Part shown: positions 9,928-19,924 of the stretch, piece after piece
How positions within the stretch are numbered: the stretch's first letter is position 1
Layout: each line of letters starts with the position of its first letter
From: Actinobacillus sp.
GTDB lineage: Bacteria; Pseudomonadota; Gammaproteobacteria; Enterobacterales; Pasteurellaceae
Reading direction: 5' to 3'
Assembly (NCBI GenBank): GCA_020026115.1
Contig: JAHHQY010000003.1
Coordinates: 4,919-68,918, forward strand
Length of the DNA: 64,000 nucleotides
Made by a program: the position numbers and the translations under genes
The notes under the pieces: generated by a model
Databases searched by the model: none
Seen by the model: the letters and a program-made list of their open reading frames with translations, nothing else
What the model was told of the DNA's origin: nothing

Positions 9928-10679
9928 GCTTAATGGAATTGCAAAACCTAAGCGTAGGCTATGGAAAAAGGGAAATTTTGCAGAATATTTCTTTAAGTTT
10001 TGCCGAGCAAGAAATTGTGTGCTTATTGGGGGCTAATGGTTGCGGGAAAACCACTTTATTAAAAACCATCTTAGGGTTACTCGCGCCGAAAAAAGGGCAG
10101 ATTTTATTTCAACAAAGCCCTTTTATGCAAAGGTCAAAAAAAGAAAGGGCGCAGTTAATTGGCTATGTTCCGCAAGCGCAACATATTTTTTCTTTTAGTG
10201 TGTTAGATGTGGTGCTAATGGGGCGTAATGCGCGTTTAGCTTGGTATCAAACGCCCACAAAGCAAGATAAAGAAATTGCAGAAAAAGCCCTAGAAATGTT
10301 AGGCATCGCTCATTTAAGCACTCGTCAGTTTGACCAAATTAGTGGCGGTGAACGCCAAATGGCCCTCATTGCGCGCGCATTGACGCAACAGCCTAAAATG
10401 TTGATTATGGACGAACCAACCTCAAATTTAGATTTCGGTAATCAATTACGCGTGCTAGAAACCATTCGCCAACTAAAAAGCCAAACGGGATTAAGCATTA
10501 TTATGACCACTCATCAGCCAGAACATAGTTGGCATGTGGCTGAACGGAATATTTTATTTTTTCAAGGCCAAGTTTTTACTCAAGGCACACCGAAAGAAAC
10601 CTTGAGTGCGGAAAATTTAGCCAAGATTTATCAGTTAACACCCGAAGTGGTGGCGCAACATTTTATGCTAAAGGAGTAA
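9924..10679 (+). CDS. ABC importer ATP-binding protein
   Basis: Walker A GANGCGKTT, signature ISGGERQ and Walker B LIMDEPTSNLD are present. The start overlaps the permease stop by 4 nt. Confidence 0.9.
   Translation: MSLMELQNLSVGYGKREILQNISLSFAEQEIVCLLGANGCGKTTLLKTILGLLAPKKGQILFQQSPFMQRSKKERAQLIGYVPQAQHIFSFSVLDVVLMGRNARLAWYQTPTKQDKEIAEKALEMLGIAHLSTRQFDQISGGERQMALIARALTQQPKMLIMDEPTSNLDFGNQLRVLETIRQLKSQTGLSIIMTTHQPEHSWHVAERNILFFQGQVFTQGTPKETLSAENLAKIYQLTPEVVAQHFMLKE
10080..10094 (+). repeat. motif copy inside a CDS (ABC ATPase)
   Basis: CTCGCGCCGAAAAAA, read as CTC GCG CCG AAA AAA = L-A-P-K-K. Confidence 0.85.
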
Positions 10680-10682
10680 GTT

Positions 10683-11492
10683 ATGGAGATTAAAACTTGG
10701 TGGGATATTGATTTTGCGAAACTTTATCGCCAGCATTTTCAATTATCCGCAAGACAAGCTAAAAAGCCTGAAGATTGGCAGAAAAAAGCAGAAAAAATGC
10801 AACATTCAAGCTACGATTTAAATACGGATTATGTGCATGAATTTATTCGCCGTATGGATTTAAACCAAGTAGAGAGCCTGTTGGATATTGGTTGTGGCGG
10901 TGGGGCGATAAGTTTGGCCTTAGCGAACAAAATTCCGCACGTTTTTGCCATGGATTATTGTCAAGGTATGTTAGATTTAGTCGAAGATCGTGCGCAAAAG
11001 TTCGGCATTAAAAATATACAAACCTTACGCCATGCTTGGGAAGAGGATTGGGATAATTTACCTAGTTGCGATGTGCTGGTGTCATCTCGTTCTTCTATGG
11101 TGGCGGATTTAAACGATGCCATTGATAAACTTAATGCAAAAGCGAAAAAAGCCGTTTATATGACGATGATTGTAGAAAAAGATTTTATTGCGCGCGATAT
11201 TTTACAAGCCATTGGGCGTGATTTAGTGGGTTTTCCGAATTATTTGTATGCTGTGAATTTATTAGCGCAAAAAGGCTATTACGCAAAAGTGGATTTTATT
11301 GAAGCAAGCGGTTGTTTAACGAAGCCGGCACCTTTAACTTTAGAGCAATTTTTGCAATCGGTGCGTTGGTCCATTGGGGAATTAAATGCAGAAGAAACGC
11401 AAAAATTAAAGGCCTATTTTAACGCACATCCAGGTTTAACCAGTGCTTATTCAGGGTTTAAAAAATGGGCCTTTATAAGTTGGCAAAAATAA
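10683..11492 (+). CDS. class I SAM-dependent methyltransferase, substrate unknown
   Basis: Motif I LLDIGCGGGAISLALA is present. The start lies 3 nt after the ATPase stop, so it is probably co-transcribed with the transporter. Confidence 0.7.
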   Translation: MEIKTWWDIDFAKLYRQHFQLSARQAKKPEDWQKKAEKMQHSSYDLNTDYVHEFIRRMDLNQVESLLDIGCGGGAISLALANKIPHVFAMDYCQGMLDLVEDRAQKFGIKNIQTLRHAWEEDWDNLPSCDVLVSSRSSMVADLNDAIDKLNAKAKKAVYMTMIVEKDFIARDILQAIGRDLVGFPNYLYAVNLLAQKGYYAKVDFIEASGCLTKPAPLTLEQFLQSVRWSIGELNAEETQKLKAYFNAHPGLTSAYSGFKKWAFISWQK

Positions 11493-11498
11493 ATTCCA

Positions 11499-11514
11499 CT
11501 CGCACCGAAAAAAA
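11499..11514 (+). repeat. motif, single copy
   Basis: CTCGCACCGAAAAAAA, between the methyltransferase gene and the yggU 3' end. Confidence 0.85.
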
Positions 11515-11523
11515 GTTTTGCTT

Positions 11524-11811
11524 TTAAGCTAATAGTTTAGCGACTTCTTCAGGAATGATTTTCGGCGCGAGAATGCGTAATTGTTTATGGCGACTGAGTT
11601 CGCCTTTTTCTAATAACACATCTCGTTTTGGCACTTTAAAAGATTTACTTAAAAATTTAATTAAATGCGCATTGGCTTTTCCGTCAATAGGCGGGGCGGT
11701 GATGGTGATTTTTAACTCGTTATTATGCAAGCCAACAAATTGGTCTTTGCTGGCTTTAGGTTGCAAAATAATGCGTAATTGTAAATCGTCTTGTTTTTGC
11801 TGAACAGGCAT
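11524..11811 (-). CDS. yggU: YggU family protein (DUF167)
   Basis: 95 aa with the motif ..[22 protein letters not shown].. typical of YggU. It lies downstream of yggT, as in enterics. Confidence 0.8.
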   Translation of the reverse strand: MPVQQKQDDLQLRIILQPKASKDQFVGLHNNELKITITAPPIDGKANAHLIKFLSKSFKVPKRDVLLEKGELSRHKQLRILAPKIIPEEVAKLLA

Positions 11812-11835
11812 AAAAAGTAATTAAAAGAGAATAAC

Positions 11836-12390
11836 TTAAGCAATATACCAAAAAGGTAAATATTGCATGAACACTTGGTTTAAAAATAAAAGACCAAAGG
11901 CTAAAACCATAGGCGAAAAATCCAACATACCAGTATGAGGTAAAATGCGACGAATTGGGTTAAGCAAAGGTTCAGAAAGTTGATACAAAATGATTTGTAA
12001 CGAGTTATCCGAACGATTAAACCAACTTAAAATCGCGCCGAAAAAAAGGATATATAAAATCGTTTCACCCCAAATGCTGGCAATATGCAAAAGACCAACC
12101 CAAGCATAAAGTAAAATATTATTCCCATCAAAAGCGAAACTTAATAAAGGCAGTTTTAGAAAACCTAAGAGAAAAACCACCAAAAGTGCAGGCAAGTTAA
12201 TGCGACGCACTGTTGGTAAGAAGCGACTGAGCGGTTTAATAACGGGGTTTGTCCATTTCGCTAAGGCTTGAGAAAGGGGTAAGTAGAAATCCACTTGGCA
12301 ATATTGAAACCACATTCTTAAAATAAAAATGACACTCAATGCGCCAATAAGCGTATTAAATAAAAATTGCATTGCTTGCATTATAACCAT
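11836..12390 (-). CDS. yggT: YggT family membrane protein
   Basis: About 180-aa polytopic protein with YggT-like repeats (..[23 protein letters not shown]..). Which start is used among the Met codons near 12390-12372 is uncertain. Confidence 0.8.
   Translation of the reverse strand: MVIMQAMQFLFNTLIGALSVIFILRMWFQYCQVDFYLPLSQALAKWTNPVIKPLSRFLPTVRRINLPALLVVFLLGFLKLPLLSFAFDGNNILLYAWVGLLHIASIWGETILYILFFGAILSWFNRSDNSLQIILYQLSEPLLNPIRRILPHTGMLDFSPMVLAFGLLFLNQVFMQYLPFWYIA
12033..12047 (+). repeat. motif copy inside a CDS (yggT, antisense to the gene)
   Basis: TCGCGCCGAAAAAAA. On the coding strand it reads TTC GGC GCG A = F-G-A (..LFFGAIL..). Confidence 0.85.
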
Positions 12391-13331
12391 CCTTTACGTT
12401 TGAAATACCAATAGGGGGCGAAAGCGGCTAAGGCCATCAATAATAAGGCGAGCGGGTAGCCGTATTTAAAATGTAATTCGGGCATAAAATTAAAGTTCAT
12501 TCCGTAGTTTGAGGCAACCAATGTTGGTGGCAGGAAAATAACCGAAACCACAGAGAAAATTTTAATAATGCGGTTTTGTTCGATATTGATAAAGCCCATA
12601 GCCGCTTGCAGTAAGAAGTTAACTTTTTGGAAAAGAGATTCATTATGCGGTTGTAAGGATTCAATATCGCGTAAAATTTCACGCGCTTGTTCTAACTGTG
12701 TTGCGGGTAATCGTGTTTTGCGTACTAAAAAACTTAAAGCGCGTTGCGTATCCATTAAACATAAGCGTACTTTAGAGCTGGTATCTTCTTGTTCTGTAAT
12801 GGTTGAAAGGGCTTGGTCAAATTCTTCGCCTTGTTTACCTTCTAAAATAATGTGGCTTAATTTTTCCAAATCCGCATAGACATTTTCAATCACATCCGCT
12901 AATTGCTCAATTTTGGTTTCTAATAAATCTAATAACACTTCATAAGCATTACATTCGCCTAAACGTTGATTGCGCGAACGCATACGGTATAAACGAAAAG
13001 CGGGCAGTTCACGATCACGCAAAGTAAATAAACGGCCATCACGCAAAGTAAAGGCGACGCTGGCTAAATCGGCGTAATCATGTTCATCTTCACAATAAAA
13101 AAAGGAGTGTAAGTGTAAACCGTCTTCATCTTCAAAAAAACGGGCTGAAGCTTCGATATCTTCCAATTCTAAAAAACTGGCGAGACTTTGTTTTAGACCG
13201 TCACGTAAAAGTTGACGTTCTTCACGGCTCGGGGCGATAAGGTCGATCCAAATAGCGTGATTTAAATCTTGAACGGTGGTTTCATCGATTCTCACCAAAC
13301 GCGAATTTTCAAGGGCAAAAGCATTGATCAT
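12381..13331 (-). CDS. corA: magnesium/cobalt transporter CorA
   Basis: 316 aa from ATG 13331 ([12 protein letters not shown]..). The C-terminal YGMNF motif is followed by two TM helices. The longer ORF to 13418 is not supported by the usual CorA length. Confidence 0.9.
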   Translation of the reverse strand: MINAFALENSRLVRIDETTVQDLNHAIWIDLIAPSREERQLLRDGLKQSLASFLELEDIEASARFFEDEDGLHLHSFFYCEDEHDYADLASVAFTLRDGRLFTLRDRELPAFRLYRMRSRNQRLGECNAYEVLLDLLETKIEQLADVIENVYADLEKLSHIILEGKQGEEFDQALSTITEQEDTSSKVRLCLMDTQRALSFLVRKTRLPATQLEQAREILRDIESLQPHNESLFQKVNFLLQAAMGFINIEQNRIIKIFSVVSVIFLPPTLVASNYGMNFNFMPELHFKYGYPLALLLMALAAFAPYWYFKRKGWL

Positions 13332-13685
13332 ATTGTTGTCTCTTGTTGGAAGTAATAAAACAAGTGGAACAGCAAATATATTTGCCACAAGGTGGCGAAA
13401 TTTGGGAATATTTTCCAAGATACCAAAAATGGCAGGTGAAACTTACCAGCATTTATCTCGCCGATAAGTTAAGGGCGAGAAATTAAAAATATCGGTATCG
13501 ACTGTGACTGTCCAACGGGCTTATCCTTATATTGCTTAAAACGGCAAAATGTTACGCTTGAACGGCTTTAGCGTCAAGGTTTTAGGGGAAAATCTTTTTT
13601 ATTAAAGGCGTTTTTTTAGGTTGCAGAAAAAGAAATACATTATAAAATACTACCCACTATAAGTTATTTATTTTGAGGGGTAGAA

Positions 13686-13967
13686 ATGACATACCTTAAA
13701 AAAATGGTAACGAAAGCAGGGAAAAAAGAAAAGTTGGTGCGTTTTTCTCATTTAGATACAGAAATTAAAATGGTAAAAGTGTTTAAAAATAAGAAAAATG
13801 CCCAAGAAATGTTGCGCGAAATTGAACGTGAAGTGCATTTAGTTGAGCAGGAACCTTGCCAAATGGCTTACCATTTATTAGAAACGGAAAAAAGTTGTAT
13901 TTTAAAAGTCAACATCCATTTTCATAGCGAAGCAGAAGCCGCCTTATTTCAGTTGGCCTTTCCATAA
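13686..13967 (+). CDS. yfcZ: YfcZ/DUF406 family protein
   Basis: 93 aa. The C-terminal half VEQEPCQ....L.VNIHFHSEAEAALFQLAF parallels E. coli YfcZ (SEPCKI...DIDFTFACEAEMLIFQLGL). GAGGGG lies before the ATG. Confidence 0.7.
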   Translation: MTYLKKMVTKAGKKEKLVRFSHLDTEIKMVKVFKNKKNAQEMLREIEREVHLVEQEPCQMAYHLLETEKSCILKVNIHFHSEAEAALFQLAFP

Positions 13968-13996
13968 AAAAAGCGAGTTCAAGAACTCGCTTTTTT
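13966..13996. terminator. bidirectional terminator between yfcZ and yggL
   Basis: AGCGAGTTC-aa-GAACTCGCT flanked by A6 and T6. Confidence 0.8.
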
Positions 13997-14005
13997 GTGC
14001 TAAGT

Positions 14006-14341
14006 TTATTTAGACGGGTAAGCCCACCAAATATCAAATAATTCGCTTACTTCGATTTGTTGTAAGTTATTTTGTTCTAACCAGTTTTTCACTAATTCAC
14101 GGTGGTTTTCTTCACATTTGCCCACTTTTTCTAAGCAAACTAAACCTTCCCAAAATAAATAACCACTGCCTTCGTAAGCTAAACCATTTGCTTGAATCAC
14201 TTCACGGATAAAGCGATCAACGGTGACATCAATTTGATCGATTGGGGTATTTTCTGCAAATTGCCATTTTACTAAGAAACCAAGTTCTTGGAATTCAGCA
14301 AGATGCATTTTTTTACGTTGTCTTCTGTTACGAGTCGTCAT
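14006..14341 (-). CDS. yggL: ribosome-associated protein YggL (DUF469)
   Basis: 111 aa, RRQRKKMHL.EFQELGF... is typical of YggL. It lies downstream of trmB, as in E. coli. Confidence 0.8.
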   Translation of the reverse strand: MTTRNRRQRKKMHLAEFQELGFLVKWQFAENTPIDQIDVTVDRFIREVIQANGLAYEGSGYLFWEGLVCLEKVGKCEENHRELVKNWLEQNNLQQIEVSELFDIWWAYPSK

Positions 14342-14393
14342 TTTTTTACTCCTTATAAATAACGTGATAATTCGGCGTTACCCTACAGGAAAT

Positions 14394-15143
14394 TTAAATT
14401 TTTGTAAAATATAAATCCCAAACGCCATGACCTAAACGTTTACCACGTTCTTCAAATTTGGTTAATGGACGAAAATCAGGGCGCGGAATAAAATCATTGC
14501 TCAGCGAGGTATTTTGTAAACCACTTTCTTGCTGTAATACCTCTAACATATGTTCAGCATAATTTTCCCAATCGGTAGCAAAATGCACAAAAGCACCTTG
14601 TGTTAATTTAGGTAAAATTAAGTTTAAAAAAGCCGGCTGAACAATACGGCGTTTATGATGACGAGCTTTGTGCCAAGGGTCTGGGAAAAACAGTTGTAAA
14701 CCAGCAAGAGAATGATCAGGGATACAATGTTGTAAAATTTCCACGGCATCATGGCAAATAACGCGTAAATTTTTCACGTTATTTTCTATGGCATTTGCAA
14801 TACAAGCGCCCACGCCAGGGGTATGTACTTCAATACCGATATAGTTTTTATCAGGGTTTGCCAGAGCCATTTCCACTAAGGATTTCCCCATTCCAAAACC
14901 AATTTCTAAAATGACAGGGTTATTATTTCCGAAGATTTCGGCAAAATTAAAGAAAGATTTTTGAAAATTTAACCCTAAGGTCGCCCAATTTTCATTCATC
15001 ATGGTACGTTGATAATCGCTAAAACGTCCAGTGCGTAAAGTAAAACTGCGTACTTTGCGTTTGTAACGACCATCTTCCGTTAATTCGACAGTTTCTACTG
15101 TTTTGCGTTTTTGGTCAGCCAAAGTTGTTTGATTGTCTTGCAT
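14394..15143 (-). CDS. trmB: tRNA (guanine46-N7)-methyltransferase
   Basis: The sequence is close to E. coli TrmB throughout ([38 protein letters not shown]). The ATG at 15143 is preferred over the TTG at 15158. Confidence 0.9.
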   Translation of the reverse strand: MQDNQTTLADQKRKTVETVELTEDGRYKRKVRSFTLRTGRFSDYQRTMMNENWATLGLNFQKSFFNFAEIFGNNNPVILEIGFGMGKSLVEMALANPDKNYIGIEVHTPGVGACIANAIENNVKNLRVICHDAVEILQHCIPDHSLAGLQLFFPDPWHKARHHKRRIVQPAFLNLILPKLTQGAFVHFATDWENYAEHMLEVLQQESGLQNTSLSNDFIPRPDFRPLTKFEERGKRLGHGVWDLYFTKI

Positions 15144-15218
15144 AAAATTATTTCTCAAAATAAAAGGACGAAATTATAAGGGCTTGGCATAAAAAAGCAA
15201 CGCTAATATAAAAGTCCT

Positions 15219-15233
15219 TCGCGCCGAAAAAAA
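15219..15233 (+). repeat. motif, single copy
   Basis: TCGCGCCGAAAAAAA, in the divergent trmB/phosphomutase intergenic region. Confidence 0.85.
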
Positions 15234-15286
15234 GGGAAAAGGACGGATTTTTTAAAAGAGAAGGGAAGGGGAATTATTGCGTGTTT

Positions 15287-15302
15287 TGTGATATGTATCA
15301 CA
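15287..15302. promoter_or_regulatory. CRP binding site, perfect core TGTGA-N6-TCACA
   Basis: tttTGTGAtatgtaTCACAttt. The centre is about 62 nt upstream of the TSS predicted from TATAAT at 15345-15350 (class I geometry) for the phosphosugar mutase gene. Confidence 0.7.
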
Positions 15303-15443
15303 TTTTATTTGAAAAATACCCCATACAAACGCCCTGCAATAAGCTATAATTGAGCGCATCATTTACTTGATTTTAGCGCAGTTTGTTTTGTGCAAGCTGT
15401 ATTCATCTGGAGTTTTTTAGTATAAAAAAAAGAGGACCAAAAT

Positions 15444-17069
15444 ATGACAGATATTCTTAAAATCGCCAACCGCTGGTTAGAACAAGATCCAGACGCAGAA
15501 ACTCGTGCGGAATTAAAAGAACTTATCGAAAAACAAGATTTCGACGAATTAAATGCGCGTTTTAATGGACGTTTACAATTTGGTACAGCGGGATTACGTG
15601 GACGCTTACAAGCAGGTTCTATGGGGATGAACCGCGTATTAGTGGCGCAAGCAGCAGCAGGTTTAGCGCGTTTCTTATTAGCGCGTGAAGAAAAACCAAC
15701 GATCGTAATTGGTTACGACGGTCGTAAAAATTCTTTACGTTTTGCTCAAGATACCGCAGAAATCATGCAAGCGGCGGGAATTGATGCACAACTTATGCCA
15801 AGTTTACGTCCAACCCCAGTACTTGCTTTCGCCGTTCGTCGCTTAAAAGCAAGCGCAGGTGTTATGGTCACCGCAAGCCATAACCCACCAGAAGATAATG
15901 GTTATAAAGTTTATTTAGGTGGCGAAGATGATGGCGCGCAAATTATTTCACCAAACGATAAATTGATCGCAGAACAAATCCAATGGGTTGCCGACAACCA
16001 AATGGTGAATGAAATTCCACGCGACAGCAATTATAAAATGATCGATCAAAGCGTGATTGATGAATTCGTTGCACGCACAGCCGCTTTAGCAACAGCACCA
16101 ATTAGTGACGTAAAATATGTTTATACGGCAATGCACGGTGTAGGTAAAGAAACCTTATTAGAAGTGTTAGAAAAAGCAGGTTTACCAAAACCAACTTTAG
16201 TTGCAGAACAATGCGAACCAGACGGCACATTCCCAACTGTTGCTTTCCCTAACCCTGAAGAAAAAGGTGCTTTAGATTTAGCGATTGCCAAAGCAAAAGA
16301 AGTTGGCGCAGAATTTATCGTGGCTAATGACCCAGATGCTGACCGTTTAGCGGTAGCAGTACCTGATGAAAATGGCAACTGGGCAACCTTACATGGTAAC
16401 CAAGTGGGTTTATATTTCGGTTGGTTCATCGCTCGTGAAGCACAAAAAGCAGGTAAAAAAGGCGTGTTAGCTTGTTCTTTAGTTTCTAGCCCATTATTAG
16501 GCAATGTGGCAAAAGAATGTGGCATGGAACACCAAGAAACCTTAACCGGCTTTAAATACATCGGCCGTATTCCAGGTTTAATTTTTGGTTTTGAAGAAGC
16601 CTTAGGTTATTTAGTTAACCCTGAAAATGCGCACGATAAAGACGGTATCTCTGCCATCACTTGTTTCTTAAACTTAATGAACACCTTAAAAGCAGAAGGC
16701 AAAACCTTCGCACAATATCGTCAAGAATTTACAGACGTATTTGGGGCAGCTTACAGTGATCAATTAAGCTTACGCGTAGAAGATTTAGGTCGCATTAAAC
16801 GTATTCAACAAGCTGTGCGTGATAATCCATTTAAAGAAATTGGTGGCATTGCTGTTGAACAATTTATCGATCACTTACAAACTGAAAAACAAAACGATAT
16901 TTTAGTGTTCCATTTAGCTGGCGGACAACGCGTTATTTTACGTCCATCTGGTACAGAACCTAAATTAAAAATGTATTTAGATACAAACGGTAAAACTTTT
17001 GCTCAAGCGCAAGAAATTTGCCAAACAATGAAACAAGATTTACAAGCATTCGCTGACAAAATCGCATAA
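15444..17069 (+). CDS. alpha-D-phosphohexomutase family protein (phosphoglucomutase/phosphomannomutase-like)
   Basis: 541 aa with the active-site loop TASHNPPEDNGYKVY, a metal loop ANDPDADR and a C-terminal RPSGTEP motif. Confidence 0.85.
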   Translation: MTDILKIANRWLEQDPDAETRAELKELIEKQDFDELNARFNGRLQFGTAGLRGRLQAGSMGMNRVLVAQAAAGLARFLLAREEKPTIVIGYDGRKNSLRFAQDTAEIMQAAGIDAQLMPSLRPTPVLAFAVRRLKASAGVMVTASHNPPEDNGYKVYLGGEDDGAQIISPNDKLIAEQIQWVADNQMVNEIPRDSNYKMIDQSVIDEFVARTAALATAPISDVKYVYTAMHGVGKETLLEVLEKAGLPKPTLVAEQCEPDGTFPTVAFPNPEEKGALDLAIAKAKEVGAEFIVANDPDADRLAVAVPDENGNWATLHGNQVGLYFGWFIAREAQKAGKKGVLACSLVSSPLLGNVAKECGMEHQETLTGFKYIGRIPGLIFGFEEALGYLVNPENAHDKDGISAITCFLNLMNTLKAEGKTFAQYRQEFTDVFGAAYSDQLSLRVEDLGRIKRIQQAVRDNPFKEIGGIAVEQFIDHLQTEKQNDILVFHLAGGQRVILRPSGTEPKLKMYLDTNGKTFAQAQEICQTMKQDLQAFADKIA

Positions 17070-17092
17070 TTTCATTTTAAATTAAAGTGTAG

Positions 17093-17129
17093 CTCGCACC
17101 GAAAATTGATTTCCTTTTTTCGGCGCGAG
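17093..17129. repeat. motif inverted pair (hairpin)
   Basis: CTCGCACCGAAAA-ttgatttcc-TTTTTTCGGCGCGAG followed by T8, after the phosphomutase gene. Confidence 0.9.
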
Positions 17130-17177
17130 TTTTTTTTGTGAAAAAAATTTTTTATCACAGTCAAAGCAAGCAAAATT

Positions 17178-17186
17178 TGCTATAAT
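17178..17186 (+). promoter_or_regulatory. candidate extended -10 promoter element (TGcTATAAT) upstream of tpiA
   Basis: TGCTATAAT at 17178-17186, about 40 nt upstream of the tpiA ATG. Confidence 0.45.
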
Positions 17187-17224
17187 CGCTATTATTTTTT
17201 ATCAATTACAATGGAGAACATAAA

Positions 17225-17992
17225 ATGGCACGTCGTCCTTTAGTTATGGGAAACTGGAAATTAAACGGTTCCAAAGACTTTACAAAAAACTTAATCAATG
17301 ATTTAAAAGCAGAATTAGCCGGTGTTGAAGGTTGTGATGTTGCAATCGCACCACCTGTTATGTATTTAGCTGAAGCGGAAAGCGCATTACAAGACAGCAA
17401 TATTTTCCTTGGCGCACAAAACGTGGATATTAACGTTCAAGGCGCTTATACCGGTGATATTTCAGCTGAAATGTTAAAAGATTTCGGTGCGAAATACATT
17501 ATTATTGGCCACTCTGAACGTCGTACTTACCACAAAGAAAGCAATGCCTTTATTGCGAAAAAATTCGCAGCCTTAAAAAATTTCGGTTTAATTCCTGTTC
17601 TTTGTATCGGTGAAACAGAAGCGGAAAATGAAGCAGGCAAAACTGAAGAAGTGTGTGCTGAACAAATTGATGCAATTTTAGATACACTTGGCGTTGAAGC
17701 TTTCAATGGCGCAGTGATTGCTTATGAACCAATTTGGGCAATCGGCACCGGTAAATCAGCGACTCCAGCACAAGCTCAAGCGGTACACAAATTCATTCGT
17801 GACCACATTGCAAAACAAGATGCAGCGGTTGCAGAACAAGTCATTTTACAATACGGCGGTAGCGTAAACGATAAAAATGCAGCGGAATTATTCGCTCAGC
17901 CAGATATTGATGGCGCATTAGTTGGTGGCGCATCGCTTAAAGCACCGGCTTTCGCAGTTATTGTTAAAGCAGCAGAAAAAGCGAAAAACTAA
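17225..17992 (+). CDS. tpiA: triosephosphate isomerase
   Basis: 255 aa with the motifs [16 protein letters not shown] and [11 protein letters not shown]. Confidence 0.95.
   Translation: MARRPLVMGNWKLNGSKDFTKNLINDLKAELAGVEGCDVAIAPPVMYLAEAESALQDSNIFLGAQNVDINVQGAYTGDISAEMLKDFGAKYIIIGHSERRTYHKESNAFIAKKFAALKNFGLIPVLCIGETEAENEAGKTEEVCAEQIDAILDTLGVEAFNGAVIAYEPIWAIGTGKSATPAQAQAVHKFIRDHIAKQDAAVAEQVILQYGGSVNDKNAAELFAQPDIDGALVGGASLKAPAFAVIVKAAEKAKN
17482..17492 (-). repeat. motif core copy inside a CDS (tpiA)
   Basis: TTTCGGTGCGA, read as TTC GGT GCG A = F-G-A (..KDFGAKY..). Confidence 0.7.
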
Positions 17993-18015
17993 TTTTTCTT
18001 TTTAAGTTAAATCAA

Positions 18016-18042
18016 AACGCCAATGAACTTGGCGTTTTTTTT
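18016..18042 (+). terminator. tpiA terminator
   Basis: AACGCCAA-tgaac-TTGGCGTT followed by T8. Confidence 0.8.
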
Positions 18043-18136
18043 CTGCCAAAAATTCGGCGCGTATAAAAAAATCCCCGCTTGCGCGAGGATTTTTAGTGTT
18101 TACTTATTGTTATTTAAGCGAGTTGCTTTTTATGAA

Positions 18137-19345
18137 TTAGTGTAACCAAGTGACCACAGCTAAGAACATTTTTAACGCGACGCTGTTTAGTAAGTCGATA
18201 AAGAAAGCACCAACCATAGGAACGATTAAAAATGCTTTATGGCTTGGACCGAAGTGATCGGTTACAGATTGCATATTAGCAACCGCAGTTGGTGTTGCAC
18301 CTAAACCGAAACCACAGTGACCAGCACTTAAAACTACCGCATCATAATCTTTACCCATTGAACGGTAAGTGATGAAAATTGCGTAAGCTGCCATGGTTAC
18401 AACTTGTAAAAGTAGGATGACTAAGATTGGCAGAGCAAGACCGGCTAATTGCCAAAGTTTTAAGCTCATTAATGCCACAGCAAGGAAAATAGATAAGCCA
18501 ACAGAACCAAGAAGATCGATAGAAGAGTCAGCAACTTGGAATTTACCTAAGTGTGTTAAACTGTTACGGATTAAAACACCAGTAAATAAACACCATACAA
18601 AAGTTGGTAATTGGAAAGCCGTGCCTTTAGCAAGCGTATCAACCGTTTGACCGATCCATAAACAAAGCGACAACATTGCGATAGTTTCAATCACAGAGCG
18701 CGCATTGACTTTACGGCGTAATTCTGGTTTTTCAAAAATTTCTTCTACATCGTCAAGATCATTATCTTCAACAATTCCATGGCGATGCATACGTTTTAAT
18801 AAGTAGCTCGCAACAGGACCGCCAATGACGCCACCAGAAACAAGACCGAAGGTTGCACAAGCCATAGCTAATTCTAAGCCACCTTCAATGTGGAAGTTTT
18901 GCACTAAGGTATCTGCCCATGCTGCGCCTGTACCGTGACCACCGGTTAAGGTCATAGAACCTGCGATTAAGCCGTAAGCTGGGTCTAAGCCTAAAGCTAA
19001 AGCAGAACCCACAGCAACGGAGTTTTGTAAAATAATTAAACCAAAGGCAGCAAATAAGAAGATAACTAAAGGTTTACCACCTTTAATTAAACGAGCAAAG
19101 TTTGCACTTAAACCGATAGAGCTAAAGAAAACTAACATCATGGCACGTTGTAAATCTGTGTCAAAATGGAAACTTAAGCCCCAAACGTAATGCACTGCGG
19201 TCAAAATTAAAGCAACGACAAAACCGCCAGCAACAGGCTCAGGAATGTTGTATTGATTTAATAAAGGAATGCGTTTTACGAGAAAATAACCGAGCAATAA
19301 CACCAAACAGGCGAGTGCTACAGTTTGATAAGTATCAAAAGTCAT
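18137..19345 (-). CDS. gltS: sodium/glutamate symporter
   Basis: About 402-aa polytopic protein with GltS-like sequence. The ATG at 19345 is preceded by AGGAG; the ORF extension to 19390 is unlikely. Confidence 0.85.
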   Translation of the reverse strand: MTFDTYQTVALACLVLLLGYFLVKRIPLLNQYNIPEPVAGGFVVALILTAVHYVWGLSFHFDTDLQRAMMLVFFSSIGLSANFARLIKGGKPLVIFLFAAFGLIILQNSVAVGSALALGLDPAYGLIAGSMTLTGGHGTGAAWADTLVQNFHIEGGLELAMACATFGLVSGGVIGGPVASYLLKRMHRHGIVEDNDLDDVEEIFEKPELRRKVNARSVIETIAMLSLCLWIGQTVDTLAKGTAFQLPTFVWCLFTGVLIRNSLTHLGKFQVADSSIDLLGSVGLSIFLAVALMSLKLWQLAGLALPILVILLLQVVTMAAYAIFITYRSMGKDYDAVVLSAGHCGFGLGATPTAVANMQSVTDHFGPSHKAFLIVPMVGAFFIDLLNSVALKMFLAVVTWLH

Positions 19346-19821
19346 GTTTACTCCTTTCTTTGTTATAGTTATAAGAATATCAACGAGCACTTAAGCCAAA
19401 ATGAGTATTCTTAATCCCTTAGAATTTGAGAAGAATTTAGACTATCACAGAAAAAAAAAATTGCCTACATAAAAATGCAGTAAAAACGCATAAAAAATTA
19501 GCAACTTTTTTCCGCTAAAAAAATTTCATCTTTTACCTTGGCAACCGATTGCTTTTTTTTAGTGAGATTTTTGAAAAATCCTCTTTTTTTGTTCGCTCAA
19601 AAGGAAAAGGTTAAGCTGATGATATAACGTATAAAAAATAACATTTTCTGGTTTGTTTTTAAGGCAATAACCGAGAGTTTTTAGCAGAAAAGAGAGGGGA
19701 GTGAGTGAAAAGAATTAGTTATGAAAAAAGAATAAAGAAAGAAAAAATCCGTTAAAAAAAGGAAATTTTTTGAGTTCCATCTTTCAAACTGTTTTATTTT
19801 TAAGCTAAAGAGAACAGAAAA

Positions 19822-19837
19822 TGAGATCGGCGTCAAA
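19822..19837. promoter_or_regulatory. possible CRP site upstream of nupC (degenerate)
   Basis: TGAGA-tcggcg-TCAAA (8/10). The centre is about 60 nt upstream of the TSS implied by TATAAT at 19877-19882. Confidence 0.3.
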
Positions 19838-19924
19838 GTTTTGCAGATAAAAATCAAAAATTTATTTGAAACACAGTATAATTCAGCCGTTCATTTTTTT
19901 ATTTATTGGAGTAAGGAAAACGCT

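Noticed and set aside
13456-13480. Hairpin TCTCGCC-11 nt-GGCGAGA and other small stems in the 350-bp corA/yfcZ intergenic region as a riboswitch or sRNA.
   Set aside because: I could not match it to any known riboswitch consensus. There are no clear promoter and terminator signals bracketing a discrete RNA, and conservation cannot be judged from a single sequence.
17137-17159. Palindrome TGTGAAAAAAA/TTTTTTATCACA upstream of tpiA as a CRP site.
   Set aside because: The half-sites are separated by 13 nt instead of 6. It may be an A/T-tract curvature element or another operator, but no known factor can be assigned.
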